A DNA stretch of 44,219 bases, from IMG/VR virus record IMGVR_UViG_3300036784_000137, positions 1 to 44,219 of that record; one strand, written 5' to 3'. Positions 8,038-17,248 of this stretch are shown here, piece after piece. A program made the position numbers and the translations under genes. The notes under the pieces were generated by a model. That model was not told the origin of the DNA, ran no database searches, and was given only the letters and a program-made list of their open reading frames with translations. The DNA comes from a virus. Taxonomy: Duplodnaviria > Caudoviricetes. How positions within the stretch are numbered: position 1 is the first letter of the stretch; each line of letters opens with the position of its first letter.

Positions 8038-10518
8038 CTATGGGCCAGTGTCGACCGCGTTGTTGAGCGCGTCAAACGCGCTCGGCGGCGGCGGCGGACC
8101 CGGAATCCCGCCCGGGACTCCGGTGGCGCCGCCCGGCAGCCCGGGAATGCCGAACAGGCCGGCGTTAGGGGGGTTGATGTTGCCGAAGTTGATGTCCTCG
8201 AGCGGGGACTGGCCTGGCGGCACGAATGCCGACGGGGCCGCCGGGGTGCCACCGCCGCCGTCGGCTGCCGGCGCAGCGCCCGGGATGGGCTGGATGAGCG
8301 CCTGCGGGCTGATGGCCGCATTGGCGGGCGGCAATGGCGTTCCACCTCCGCCACCGCCGTCGGCTGAATTGAGCGCGTCGATCACTTCCGGAGTTGTGGT
8401 CCCGCCCGGGCCCTCGCTCGGTGCCTCGGTCACCGTCTTGGTTGGGCCAGCGTCGACCACTCCCGGCGGTCGCGTGGTGTCGGGCGAGGGCGGCGCTGCT
8501 TGTGTCGATGGCGCACCCCCGGGTCCAACGGGGAATTGGGCCGTATCAAAGGGCGAAGGCCCTTGGGTGCCAGGAATCTGTGGTGCCGTATCGGGCCGCG
8601 GCGTTGGCGTCGGCACGTTGTCGGCAACAGTCGGCGAAGCAAGCGGCAGGGTGTTGTCAAACTCACCCCGCTGCGCAGCCTGATCAATCCTGGCTTGAGG
8701 CGTGGCCAGACTATCGGCTTTCGCAAGGGCGGGCGGCGTGCTCGGAACCCCATCGAAGGAAGTGCTCGATAAACCTGCCCCAGGAGCATATTGGGCACCA
8801 GGAATTTGATTGCTGGGAAAGCCGCCGACCGCCGTCGGTTGCACAACGGTATCTGGAACGTCGTTGAAGTTTCCGCCGATCAGACCGGCGGTAGATGCGG
8901 GAGTCGCCGTCACCTGTCCGCCCCCGCCGCCTACAAGGCTGAACGTGCCATGGCTTGGGGCCATACCTATGTTGGCCAAGTTTTCGATGGTCGTCTGCTG
9001 ACTCGGGTCAGACAGAGCTGGTGCCGGCCCAGTAAACGGGTTGTTGGCTACGTCAGGGTATGGTTGCCCGGCCGCCGGCACGCCAGCTGCTTGCCCAGCG
9101 GGCGCAGGGGTCAACTGACTTGGGTCCACACCTTGGCCAACCGCTGCCAAATTATCGAGGACTGACACGTCCTGTTGACCCACGGGCGCATTGAACGGAT
9201 TGTTCATACCGGGGTAGGGCTCTATCGTAGCTGCCCCGGCATCCCACGGAGAAATGATTGTTTCGGTTGTCGGGCCCTGCCCGGTCATTGTCAGACCCGG
9301 GTTCGCTGGCCCCTGCGGCATCAGGTTTTCATTGGGACCGAGACTGGCCGCGTTCGCTGGAGTGATCCCCAATAGGCTGCCGAGATTGAAGCCAGACTGA
9401 TCTGGCGACGGCGTGACTTGGCCCATGTTGCCCGGGATGCCGCTCGGGGTGTTTGGATCGGGCGCGGTCGGACTTGTGGGCCCACCCAGCGGACCCTGTC
9501 CCTGCGCCGGGCCTGGCCAAGGCGTGGTCGGATCGCCAAATCCTTCCGGCCCCTGCAAATTGGTGGCTGGAGCGGGGGCGTTCTGCCCAAAGCTGAAGGT
9601 TGGGGCATCGAACATGCCCGGGCTGGCTTGCTCGTTGAAGGTTGATGGTTGTTGCCCGGCCGGGGCCGGGGCATTGGCCTCGCTGAGCGCCTGCGCCACC
9701 GGGGTGTCGCCCGCCAGCACGTCCTGCGCCGACGCGATGCCGCCCTGCCCGATGGTGTTGGCGGCGTTGGTCACGTCCACGGACGGGCTTGAGCCGGGTG
9801 CCGCATTGCCCAGCGCCGCGGCCACATCGCCGCCGACCCGGGTGCCGAGGCCGGCATCGAGCGTAGGACTTTGGGTGCCGCCGGTCGCATCGCTGACGGG
9901 AGTACCAGCCTGCGCAGCACCTTGCGCACCGCCTTCCTGAGCACTGGCAGGGTCTGCACCGCCTTGCAGGCCACCAGCCGGATCTTGCGTGCCGCCAGTG
10001 GCATCACCCGCTACCTGCGTGCCGCCGCCACCGTCCGCGCCGCCAATGCCACCAAACCCGCCGCTGCTGCCGCCCGCGTTAGTGGCTGCGGTGTCACCAC
10101 CACCGCCACCTGCACCGGTATCGATGCCGCCGCCGCTGCCGCCGCCAAAACCGCCGCTGCTGCCACCTGCATTGGTGCCCGCAGTGTCGCCGCCGCGACC
10201 GCCCGGGCCACCAGTATCTTGGCCACCACCATCGGGACCACTCTCCGCCCCGCCGGTGTCGCCGCCACCTACGTTGCCGCCCTCGGTGCCGCCAGTGTCA
10301 GTGCCGCCGCCGCCAGCTTCACCACCAGCCCCGCTGCCGGTGCTGTCGTCAGCGGCACCGCTGTCGCCGCCGCCGCCGCCATCATCGTCGCCGCCACCAC
10401 CGCCACCACCGCCGCCGTCGTCATCGCCACCGCCGCCGCCGCCGCCGCCGCCATCATCATCATCGCTGCTGCACAGCCACAACGGCTCCCAATCCCAAGG
10501 CCAGAACTTATTCTTCAT
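8038..10518 (-). CDS. 826-aa low-complexity Gly/Asp/Pro-rich, probably disordered virion protein
   Basis: AGGAG RBS; fills the space between GNAT and pilot genes; poly-G/D N-terminus, Pro-rich remainder. Confidence 0.7.
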   Translation of the reverse strand: MKNKFWPWDWEPLWLCSSDDDDGGGGGGGGGDDDGGGGGGGGGDDDGGGGGDSGAADDSTGSGAGGEAGGGGTDTGGTEGGNVGGGDTGGAESGPDGGGQDTGGPGGRGGDTAGTNAGGSSGGFGGGSGGGIDTGAGGGGGDTAATNAGGSSGGFGGIGGADGGGGTQVAGDATGGTQDPAGGLQGGADPASAQEGGAQGAAQAGTPVSDATGGTQSPTLDAGLGTRVGGDVAAALGNAAPGSSPSVDVTNAANTIGQGGIASAQDVLAGDTPVAQALSEANAPAPAGQQPSTFNEQASPGMFDAPTFSFGQNAPAPATNLQGPEGFGDPTTPWPGPAQGQGPLGGPTSPTAPDPNTPSGIPGNMGQVTPSPDQSGFNLGSLLGITPANAASLGPNENLMPQGPANPGLTMTGQGPTTETIISPWDAGAATIEPYPGMNNPFNAPVGQQDVSVLDNLAAVGQGVDPSQLTPAPAGQAAGVPAAGQPYPDVANNPFTGPAPALSDPSQQTTIENLANIGMAPSHGTFSLVGGGGGQVTATPASTAGLIGGNFNDVPDTVVQPTAVGGFPSNQIPGAQYAPGAGLSSTSFDGVPSTPPALAKADSLATPQARIDQAAQRGEFDNTLPLASPTVADNVPTPTPRPDTAPQIPGTQGPSPFDTAQFPVGPGGAPSTQAAPPSPDTTRPPGVVDAGPTKTVTEAPSEGPGGTTTPEVIDALNSADGGGGGGTPLPPANAAISPQALIQPIPGAAPAADGGGGTPAAPSAFVPPGQSPLEDINFGNINPPNAGLFGIPGLPGGATGVPGGIPGPPPPPSAFDALNNAVDTGP

Positions 10519-10975
10519 GGTTCAACTCCTTGAGATACACCAAGTCGGTGAGCTTATAGCCCAGCGACTCAAAAATGTGCCCATGGCTCTGCGCCGCCTT
10601 GCAGCGCATGGAGAACACGCTGGCGCCGCGTTCTGCAGCCATCTTCTCGGCAAAGGCGATCATGGCCTTGCCGGCACCTTGGCCGCGGTACTCCGGCATC
10701 AGGTAATGGGCGTCGTCGCGCGCCACCTTGGTTTGTTTGTAGTGCAGGTGCGGCTGCAGGAACATAGCCATGTAGCCGACCATCTTGCCAAGACCGATCC
10801 GGGCCGTGACCAGGAAAAACTCCCCCTTGTCCTGCGCCTCTATATACTTGGACCAGTCCAGATCTTGCTTGAACACGCGCTTGATGGGCGCGTTCTCGTC
10901 GTAGTGGTCGAGCAGCATCCAGCCCGGAATGAGGTTCTGGCTCAGTTGCTCCACGGCAAAGCGAATGTCATCCAT
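10508..10975 (-). CDS. GNAT family N-acetyltransferase
   Basis: 'YLMPEYRGQGAGKAMI...FESLGY' acetyl-CoA motif A and C-terminal motif. Confidence 0.88.
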   Translation of the reverse strand: MDDIRFAVEQLSQNLIPGWMLLDHYDENAPIKRVFKQDLDWSKYIEAQDKGEFFLVTARIGLGKMVGYMAMFLQPHLHYKQTKVARDDAHYLMPEYRGQGAGKAMIAFAEKMAAERGASVFSMRCKAAQSHGHIFESLGYKLTDLVYLKELNHEE

Positions 10976-11325
10976 CAGATAATCCCCATGGCGCGTCTAA
11001 GGTCAGCGTGTTCGGCAGCGTGACTGTCTATCCAGTCTGTGAACTGATCGTCCTGCGACAGATCCACGTCGGACAGGTCGATGCCTGATACCCCGGTATG
11101 GTCCCGCAGCGACTGATGCGCGGCCTGGTGCGACTCCAGCCAGGCGCTGGTGACCTTCTTGTCGTCGCTCCAGAGCGCGAAGTTGTAATCCGGAATGAAA
11201 ATGGGCGGCGTCTTGCCCTGGAAGATCTGCACGAACTGCGCATGCTCCAAGTAGTGCTCGGAGAGCCAAATGGAAAACCCTATTGGGTCCTTCGGTAAAA
11301 CCGTACTATGGAAAAATATTGCCAC
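10975..11325 (-). CDS. His-repeat hypothetical (virion module) protein
   Basis: GTG start after AAAGGAAG; three WxxxHxxxH motifs. Confidence 0.65.
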   Translation of the reverse strand: MAIFFHSTVLPKDPIGFSIWLSEHYLEHAQFVQIFQGKTPPIFIPDYNFALWSDDKKVTSAWLESHQAAHQSLRDHTGVSGIDLSDVDLSQDDQFTDWIDSHAAEHADLRRAMGII

Positions 11326-11752
11326 GATTCTTCTTCCTTTGATAGGCTTCTGCGCTTTTTTGTAGTTTGCACGTTTGACAATAACGATAACCACCCGTCG
11401 TAAAGCGAGTGTTTTCTTCGTCGTAAGGATGCCCGCTTGGACAGTGTTTTTTCAGGCGATGGTGAAGCCCAGTGTCACCACGTCTGATATTTTCAGCGTG
11501 GGTTACCGGCTCTAAGTGATCTGGGTTTACGCAGCGCTTGAAACGACAAAGATGATCAAGCTCAAGACCAACAGGAACCGAACCATATTTCCGCTCATAC
11601 ATTCGTTTGTGCGCCAGCGTGCTTCCTAAACGACCATAGCCGTCCGCACGTATAGATCTTGCCCACGTCCAACACGACTCCTCCGTCATGGCGAACATGG
11701 GCTCTGGCACCCACCTTTCCGCAAAGTCTTCGTCGGTCAGTTTTCTAGGCAT
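11306..11752 (-). CDS. HNH homing endonuclease
   Basis: 'CWTW...DGYG...AHK...ELDHLCRFKRCVNPDHLEPVTHAEN...HCPSGHPY...CQTC'; lower GC than neighbours. Confidence 0.93.
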   Translation of the reverse strand: MPRKLTDEDFAERWVPEPMFAMTEESCWTWARSIRADGYGRLGSTLAHKRMYERKYGSVPVGLELDHLCRFKRCVNPDHLEPVTHAENIRRGDTGLHHRLKKHCPSGHPYDEENTRFTTGGYRYCQTCKLQKSAEAYQRKKNRGNIFP

Positions 11753-11755
11753 GTT

Positions 11756-13798
11756 TCACATTTCAAAAATGATGCAATGAAGGTTAGAGACTTGTGCTGA
11801 TCCACCTGCGCTACTGCTGCTATATACCAAGTCGATCCAATAAGTCCCGACGGGTTCAACCTTGATAAAATTAATGGCGAACGGAACAGAAAAGTTAGTA
11901 CTGGAGGCATTGTTTTGCATGCTGCTGACTGGTGAAAGAAGGGTCCCGGTCAAAGCCGCGCCAGCACTCGGTGCGGTCCCGGTGCCGATCGAGGCCCCGA
12001 AATTTGTAGTATTACTTACTCCGCTGTTCGAGACTCCGCCCGTGATCGTTATGTTGATGCGGTTGCGGAAAAGAGTAGTTATGTTACAAACATTGCCAAT
12101 ACCCCCCATTATGTTGGTGGTGCTCATGGTTGAAGCGGGAGAGGTTGGGACTGCATCGGTAAACGCACCCGGGGAAGAGCCGCCAGCGCACGCTGTTTGC
12201 GAAGCGGCGGTCAACAGACCCTTGGCGTTGACGGTGAAAGTCGCACAGTTGGTGGCCGAGCCAAAGGTGCCGACATTGGAGTTGACGGTGGCGAGCACCG
12301 GGCTCGGATAGGTGCCGGTCAGATCGCCGGTAGCGGACCCAAGATTGGTCGCCGCCGCCCCGACCGCCATGCCGGGATTGGGGTAAGTGCCGCTGAGCAC
12401 GCCGCCGGCCGCTCCGGTAGGAGGCCCGCCGCCGCCGCCCGCACAGGCCGCCTGCGAAGCGGCGGTTATCAGGCCCTTGCCGTTGACCGTGAAGGTCGGG
12501 CATTGGGTAGTTGAGCCGAAGGTGCCGGTATTGGAGTTGACGGTCGCCAGCAGCGGTCCCGGATAGGTGCCCGTAAGATCACCGCTGGCCGCACCGAGAT
12601 TGGTGGCTGCCGCACCTACCGCCAAGCTCGGGCTGGGATAGCTTCCGGCCAGAGCGCCGCCAGCTGCCCCAAGGTTCGTTGCCGCTGCGCCGACCGCCAT
12701 GCCGGGATTCGGGTAGGTGCCAGCCAATACGCCACCGGCCGGCCCGGACGGAGTCCCACCGCCCCCGCTAGTGCCGCACGGAGCGCCAGCATCGGAAATT
12801 TGTGTCGCACTGAAAAACTGGGTGCAATCCCCTGCCGTCACCGGACCATTGATGGTGACGCCACCGCCACCAGCGCACGCCACTTGCGACGCCGCCGTCA
12901 GCAGGCCCTTGCCGTTGACGGTAAAAACTGAGCACTGCGTGGCCGAGCCAAAGGTACCGACGTTGGCGTTGACGGTCGCCAGCAGCGGACTGGGATAGGT
13001 GCCGGTCAAATCGCCCCCGGCAGCACCTAAATTGGTGGCTGCCGCGCCTATCGCCATTCCGGGACTGGGATAGGTGCCAGTCAGCACACCGCCGGCCGCA
13101 CCGAGATTTGTTGCTGCCGCTCCAACCGCCATGCCCGGGCTCGGATAAGATCCGGTCAGCACACCTCCAGCCGAGCCCAAGTTGGTCGCCGCCGCTCCGA
13201 CCGCCATGCCGGGATTGGGATAGGTACCGCTAAGCACGCCGCCGGCCGGACCAGTCGGTGCTCCACCGCCGCCGGCACATGCCGTCTGCGACGCCGCCGT
13301 CAGCAAGCCGCTGGCATTGACCGTAAAGGTCGGGCATTGCGTGGACGACCCGAAGGTTCCGACATTGGAGTTGACGACCGCCAGGGTGGGATTGGGATAG
13401 GTGCCGGCCAGCGCGCCGCCCGCGGGACCGGTAGGGGCCCCGCCGCCACCGCCCGCGCATGCCACTTGCGACGCCGCCGTCAGCAGGCCTTTGGCATTGA
13501 CGGTGAAGATCGAGCATTGCGTGGACGAACCGAAGGTGCCGACATTGGAATTGACGGTCGCCAGCAGCGGTCCTGGATATGTCCCGGTCAAATCGCCGCT
13601 CGCCGGCCCAACCGGCGTGCTGCCGCCGCCGAGGCCGCAGGGCCCTCCGGCATCCTTCAGCTGCAGGCCAGAAGCAAACTGCGTGCAGTTGCCCGGGGTG
13701 ACGGTGCCGATAACCGACACTCCAGACGACTGCTGCGACTGGGCCACGCCCAGCAGGCACAGCAGCGCCAACAGCACAGCGAGAGGCCAGTACTTCAT
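11756..13798 (-). CDS. Repeat-built tail fibre-like protein with N-terminal signal peptide
   Basis: Start MKYWPLAVLLALLCLLGVAQS (ATGA overlap); 11x GxLxG(T/S)YPxP and 5x TFGSxT(Q/N)CxxFTVNxxGLxTAASQxAC. Confidence 0.8.
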   Translation of the reverse strand: MKYWPLAVLLALLCLLGVAQSQQSSGVSVIGTVTPGNCTQFASGLQLKDAGGPCGLGGGSTPVGPASGDLTGTYPGPLLATVNSNVGTFGSSTQCSIFTVNAKGLLTAASQVACAGGGGGAPTGPAGGALAGTYPNPTLAVVNSNVGTFGSSTQCPTFTVNASGLLTAASQTACAGGGGAPTGPAGGVLSGTYPNPGMAVGAAATNLGSAGGVLTGSYPSPGMAVGAAATNLGAAGGVLTGTYPSPGMAIGAAATNLGAAGGDLTGTYPSPLLATVNANVGTFGSATQCSVFTVNGKGLLTAASQVACAGGGGVTINGPVTAGDCTQFFSATQISDAGAPCGTSGGGGTPSGPAGGVLAGTYPNPGMAVGAAATNLGAAGGALAGSYPSPSLAVGAAATNLGAASGDLTGTYPGPLLATVNSNTGTFGSTTQCPTFTVNGKGLITAASQAACAGGGGGPPTGAAGGVLSGTYPNPGMAVGAAATNLGSATGDLTGTYPSPVLATVNSNVGTFGSATNCATFTVNAKGLLTAASQTACAGGSSPGAFTDAVPTSPASTMSTTNIMGGIGNVCNITTLFRNRINITITGGVSNSGVSNTTNFGASIGTGTAPSAGAALTGTLLSPVSSMQNNASSTNFSVPFAINFIKVEPVGTYWIDLVYSSSSAGGSAQVSNLHCIIFEM
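12180..13720 (-). repeat. Intragenic degenerate repeats of the fibre gene
   Basis: Repeated coding units visible in both protein and DNA. Confidence 0.85.
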
Positions 13799-14118
13799 TG
13801 GAAATACTCCCAGCAGGTGATGGGATTGCTGCCGCCTGAGGCGGCGATGGCGTTCATCCCGTTGGTAAAGTGCGGCAGGCCGGAGCCGCCGAAGATCAGT
13901 CCCTGCTGCGGCTGCACGGCGATTGAGCCGGCGCCGCCGACGCTGGCCGCGAGCGGCAAGCCGTTGTTGGTGGTGATCGGGCATATCCATAGCACCACCG
14001 CGCCGGGGTTGAATACATAAAGACCCGAGCGCGAGAGATTGAGCGGCACCACCAGGACGCTGACGGTGCCGACGCTGACCGAGACGGTCGCCTGCGGGCT
14101 CGGATAGGTACCGGCCAT
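13795..14118 (-). CDS. Small virion structural protein
   Basis: 107-aa beta-rich ORF with GGAG RBS, between closure and fibre genes. Confidence 0.65.
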   Translation of the reverse strand: MAGTYPSPQATVSVSVGTVSVLVVPLNLSRSGLYVFNPGAVVLWICPITTNNGLPLAASVGGAGSIAVQPQQGLIFGGSGLPHFTNGMNAIAASGGSNPITCWEYFQ

Positions 14119-14127
14119 GGTTGGCTC

Positions 14128-15933
14128 CTATGCGCTCATTTTCGACGCAAGCACAGCGCGATCCTGATATTCCAATACCAGCGCCGTGATGATCAGTCCC
14201 TGCGAGGCCCCGGTGGTGCCGCCGCCGCCGACCTGGCCGGCAAACGTGCCGGTCAGGGTCAGCCCGAGGAACACGCCGGAGCCCTCGAGCTGCACCCGCT
14301 GATACAAGAATCCGGTCGCCGCCCAGGCGACGGGCTGCAGCGAATTGTTCTGCCACTGGATGACCTGGCCGGCGTTGTTCTGCCAGATGATCTGGTTGCC
14401 GGTCAGGAACTGGAACGGAATGCCGGGATTGAGGTTCTCGCTGTCGCAGGTGCCGTACATGGTGGTGAGCGAGCCGGTGGAGAGCGCCACCGCGCCCACC
14501 AGGGCCTTCTTGCCGATTTGAATCTCCTGGTTCGGCGACAGCGAGGTGCGCAGGATGATGGGGATCGGCACCACCGACTGGAAGATCTGGCTAATGTCAG
14601 AGCCGGATGAACTAAATGTCTCTATGATGCCGCCGATCGGCGCCGAGCAGATGGTCAGCATGCTGCTGCCCTGGTTGGCGACAAACCAGCGGTTTTTGTA
14701 GAAGCACAAGATGAGCGAGCGGGTAAAGCCGGCGGCGGCATCCTTGTAGCGCACCAGCAACAGGAAGGTATGCAATGATGTGTGCAGATCGTTCACCGCC
14801 GCCTGCATTGGCTGCGAGTAGTCCACCGAAGCAAATATCCCATCCATCTGATCGGAGATTTTCTCCACCGACGCTCCAAGTATGGCGTAGACCCCGACCT
14901 TATTGGCAAACAGGATCAATCTATTATAGCTGGCTATCGCCCGAGGAAATGGCGTACCTTGATCAGATGATAAGGTGACGATGTTGAAGATGGTAATCGA
15001 GGCGCTGACCGTGATGGTGCCGATCGACTTGATCGAGTTATCGCCGAAGATGTAGAGGAAGTTGTTGAGCGCGCGCAGTGCAGTGATGCTATGCACCAGG
15101 TCGTCGTCGTTCAGGGTTGTTGAGCCCGCAGCATTCGCCGGCGCGCCATCGTCGAAGCCTTTTGTGCCCGTCCAAGTGAGGAAGCGCGTGCCCGCCAGCC
15201 AGACACGGCCGGCATAGATGCAGAGCGTAGTGACCGGGACCCCAAAGCTTGGCCAGACGATAGCGCTTGCAGCAGCCGAGCCGCTGCCGAAAGTGACAGT
15301 GAGGGTGTCCCCCGGCTTGTAGCCGGTCCCGGCGGCATCGAGAACAATTCCCGTGACCACTCCGCCGGTGAGAACGCTGTGGGCTGTGGCGCCGGAGCCC
15401 GATCCACCGCTGATGGTGACGGACGGGGGAGATGCATAGCCGGAGCCTCCACTGGTGATGGTGAACTTGGGCGACACGCCACCGCCCTGCACGAACGCAT
15501 TACCGTCCCAGGTGCAGTAGCCGGCGATCGGGTCGGCGATCAATATGCGCTGCGACGACCACACCGTCATGTCCGGGGTGGGCGAGAAGGTGCCGGCGAG
15601 CGCAAACTTGGCGCTGACGCCGGTCAAGGCATTGACCTGGTAGGCGGCGCCGGACTGGCAGAAGTTGATAATGTAGTCGGTGTTGACGCCGCCGGGGGGA
15701 GTGAAGTTGGCGAAGTACTGCGAGCTTATGCTCTCGCCCGCCAGCAACTGGATGGGCGAGGCCGGGCCGTTGCAGCACACCAATTGATTGGGGCCGACGA
15801 TCTGCAGGTTCTCGCACCAGGCCAGCCGCGTCGGCGGCAGCGCCTCGCGCGCCGACTGCGTGTCCATGGTTTCGAAGCCGGAGAACACCATGAACTTCTT
15901 GGTCGCGGTCTGCAGGTCGGTGATACCGGGCAT
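14128..15933 (-). CDS. Head closure/tail nozzle protein (P22 gp10-like position)
   Basis: 601 aa, beta-propeller-like; follows the adaptor; 'YAGRVWLA...FLYIFG' motifs. Confidence 0.7.
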   Translation of the reverse strand: MPGITDLQTATKKFMVFSGFETMDTQSAREALPPTRLAWCENLQIVGPNQLVCCNGPASPIQLLAGESISSQYFANFTPPGGVNTDYIINFCQSGAAYQVNALTGVSAKFALAGTFSPTPDMTVWSSQRILIADPIAGYCTWDGNAFVQGGGVSPKFTITSGGSGYASPPSVTISGGSGSGATAHSVLTGGVVTGIVLDAAGTGYKPGDTLTVTFGSGSAAASAIVWPSFGVPVTTLCIYAGRVWLAGTRFLTWTGTKGFDDGAPANAAGSTTLNDDDLVHSITALRALNNFLYIFGDNSIKSIGTITVSASITIFNIVTLSSDQGTPFPRAIASYNRLILFANKVGVYAILGASVEKISDQMDGIFASVDYSQPMQAAVNDLHTSLHTFLLLVRYKDAAAGFTRSLILCFYKNRWFVANQGSSMLTICSAPIGGIIETFSSSGSDISQIFQSVVPIPIILRTSLSPNQEIQIGKKALVGAVALSTGSLTTMYGTCDSENLNPGIPFQFLTGNQIIWQNNAGQVIQWQNNSLQPVAWAATGFLYQRVQLEGSGVFLGLTLTGTFAGQVGGGGTTGASQGLIITALVLEYQDRAVLASKMSA

Positions 15934-16820
15934 CAGTACCCCCGCTGCACGCGCCGCCAGACGTTCTGGTAGATGTTGGGCCGCCGTGGCGCAAAGCGGC
16001 TGGCCCCGAGCTTGGTCTTCCAGCCTTCGTAGGTCTTCTGATAATAGTCCGCCTGGGCGAAATTCTGCGCCTTGAGCAGCGCCTTGTAGGCGGCCCAGAA
16101 CTGCACGCAGGTCGAGTACGGCGACAGGATCTGGCTGTCGCTATCGGTGGCGTTGACCAGCGGGAACGGCTCGACAAAGGCGTCTATCTCCAGCGGGTAG
16201 TTCTGGTCGACCAGTGCCGGATAGAGATAGAACAGGTTCTGCTCGTTGTATCCGCTCCACATCCCCGGGCGACCGGCGCTGGTGGCATTGGCGCGGAAGA
16301 TGGCGTTGAACTTGCCGAACGGCGACCACATCAGCATGGTGCGCTGATTGCCGTAGAGGGCCGAGACCGTATAAATGTCCAGCACGTTGAGCATCGCGAC
16401 GGCAACGGCGGTGGCGGCGCCGGAGCCGAAGCTGACCGGCGGGACCGAGGTATAACCCAGGCCCCAGTTGGTCATGGCGACCTGCTGCACGAACAGGTTG
16501 GGGGCGGTGCCGCCCATGATGGCGGTGCCGGTGGCCTGGATGCCGCCAATGGGCGGTGGACCGAAGGTAACGCTGGGAGCGGTGGCGTAGATCCCGCCGG
16601 CGGTGATCTTGGCGCCGCCGACACCGGAGGTGATCGGGTAAGCCTCCTGGTTGACGATCGTGCTCAGGTTGGCGAGGTATTGGCGCACGCACCAAAAGTC
16701 GCGCGCCACCAGCGCCCTGGCCTCGTTGATCCAGACCGTCAGTTCAGCGGTGGTGTAATCGATGCTGGAAGTGTCGTGCACCAGCTCCTGCACCTGCAGA
16801 ATGTAATCGGACAGGAGCAT
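15933..16820 (-). CDS. Head-tail adaptor protein
   Basis: 'LSDYILQVQELVHD...ELTVWINEA...WAAYKALLK' adaptor pattern, plus an inserted beta module. Confidence 0.7.
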   Translation of the reverse strand: MLLSDYILQVQELVHDTSSIDYTTAELTVWINEARALVARDFWCVRQYLANLSTIVNQEAYPITSGVGGAKITAGGIYATAPSVTFGPPPIGGIQATGTAIMGGTAPNLFVQQVAMTNWGLGYTSVPPVSFGSGAATAVAVAMLNVLDIYTVSALYGNQRTMLMWSPFGKFNAIFRANATSAGRPGMWSGYNEQNLFYLYPALVDQNYPLEIDAFVEPFPLVNATDSDSQILSPYSTCVQFWAAYKALLKAQNFAQADYYQKTYEGWKTKLGASRFAPRRPNIYQNVWRRVQRGY

Positions 16821-16828
16821 GGGGCATT

Positions 16829-17248
16829 TTACGGTGCGGCGCGCGCCGCCTCTCGTTCATCGACAGCGTCCATCAGCCGGTTCGGTTTTGGAGCGCGCTC
16901 TTTCTTCACCGGCACCCCATCTGGGTCCACCTCCACCGGCACCATGCGGTAGCGGATGGGCTGGAACACCAGCGCAGCGTAGAACAGTTCGGCGCGGCCC
17001 TTTTCCATCATGTCCGGGGTGTTCCAGCCGAAGCGTTTTATCACGTAGTTTTTCATTGCCTCAGTTTTCACCTCACGGTGCCAGCCGAAAATGTGGTAGG
17101 CGGCGTCGATCGGGATCGACAGCGCCTTGCCATCTTTCTCAAAGATGTACGGCACGCCGTCGAAGCGGTCAGAAATGGTAAAATCGTTGTTGTTGATCAC
17201 CCGGATGGCCATAATTTCGGGTTCCAGGTCGTCATTTTCGGCGGCCAT
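16829..17248 (-). CDS. Hypothetical head-module protein
   Basis: AGGAG RBS, coherent ORF. Confidence 0.65.
   Translation of the reverse strand: MAAENDDLEPEIMAIRVINNNDFTISDRFDGVPYIFEKDGKALSIPIDAAYHIFGWHREVKTEAMKNYVIKRFGWNTPDMMEKGRAELFYAALVFQPIRYRMVPVEVDPDGVPVKKERAPKPNRLMDAVDEREAARAAP

Noticed and set aside
7088-8683. Long plus-strand ORFs (also 6592..7497, 9989..11023, 17722..18585)
   Set aside because: Antisense shadows of GC-rich low-complexity minus-strand genes, with no RBS or motifs
11306-11752. Group I intron around the HNH gene
   Set aside because: Flanking genes look intact and there is no non-coding space for a ribozyme core
13799-14356. N-terminal extensions in the ORF track (11756..14356, 197..1306, 21437..23305, 28393..29454, 33527..34936, 43111..44133)
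   Set aside because: They overlap better-supported upstream genes; internal ATGs with RBS or stop-start coupling give more plausible starts
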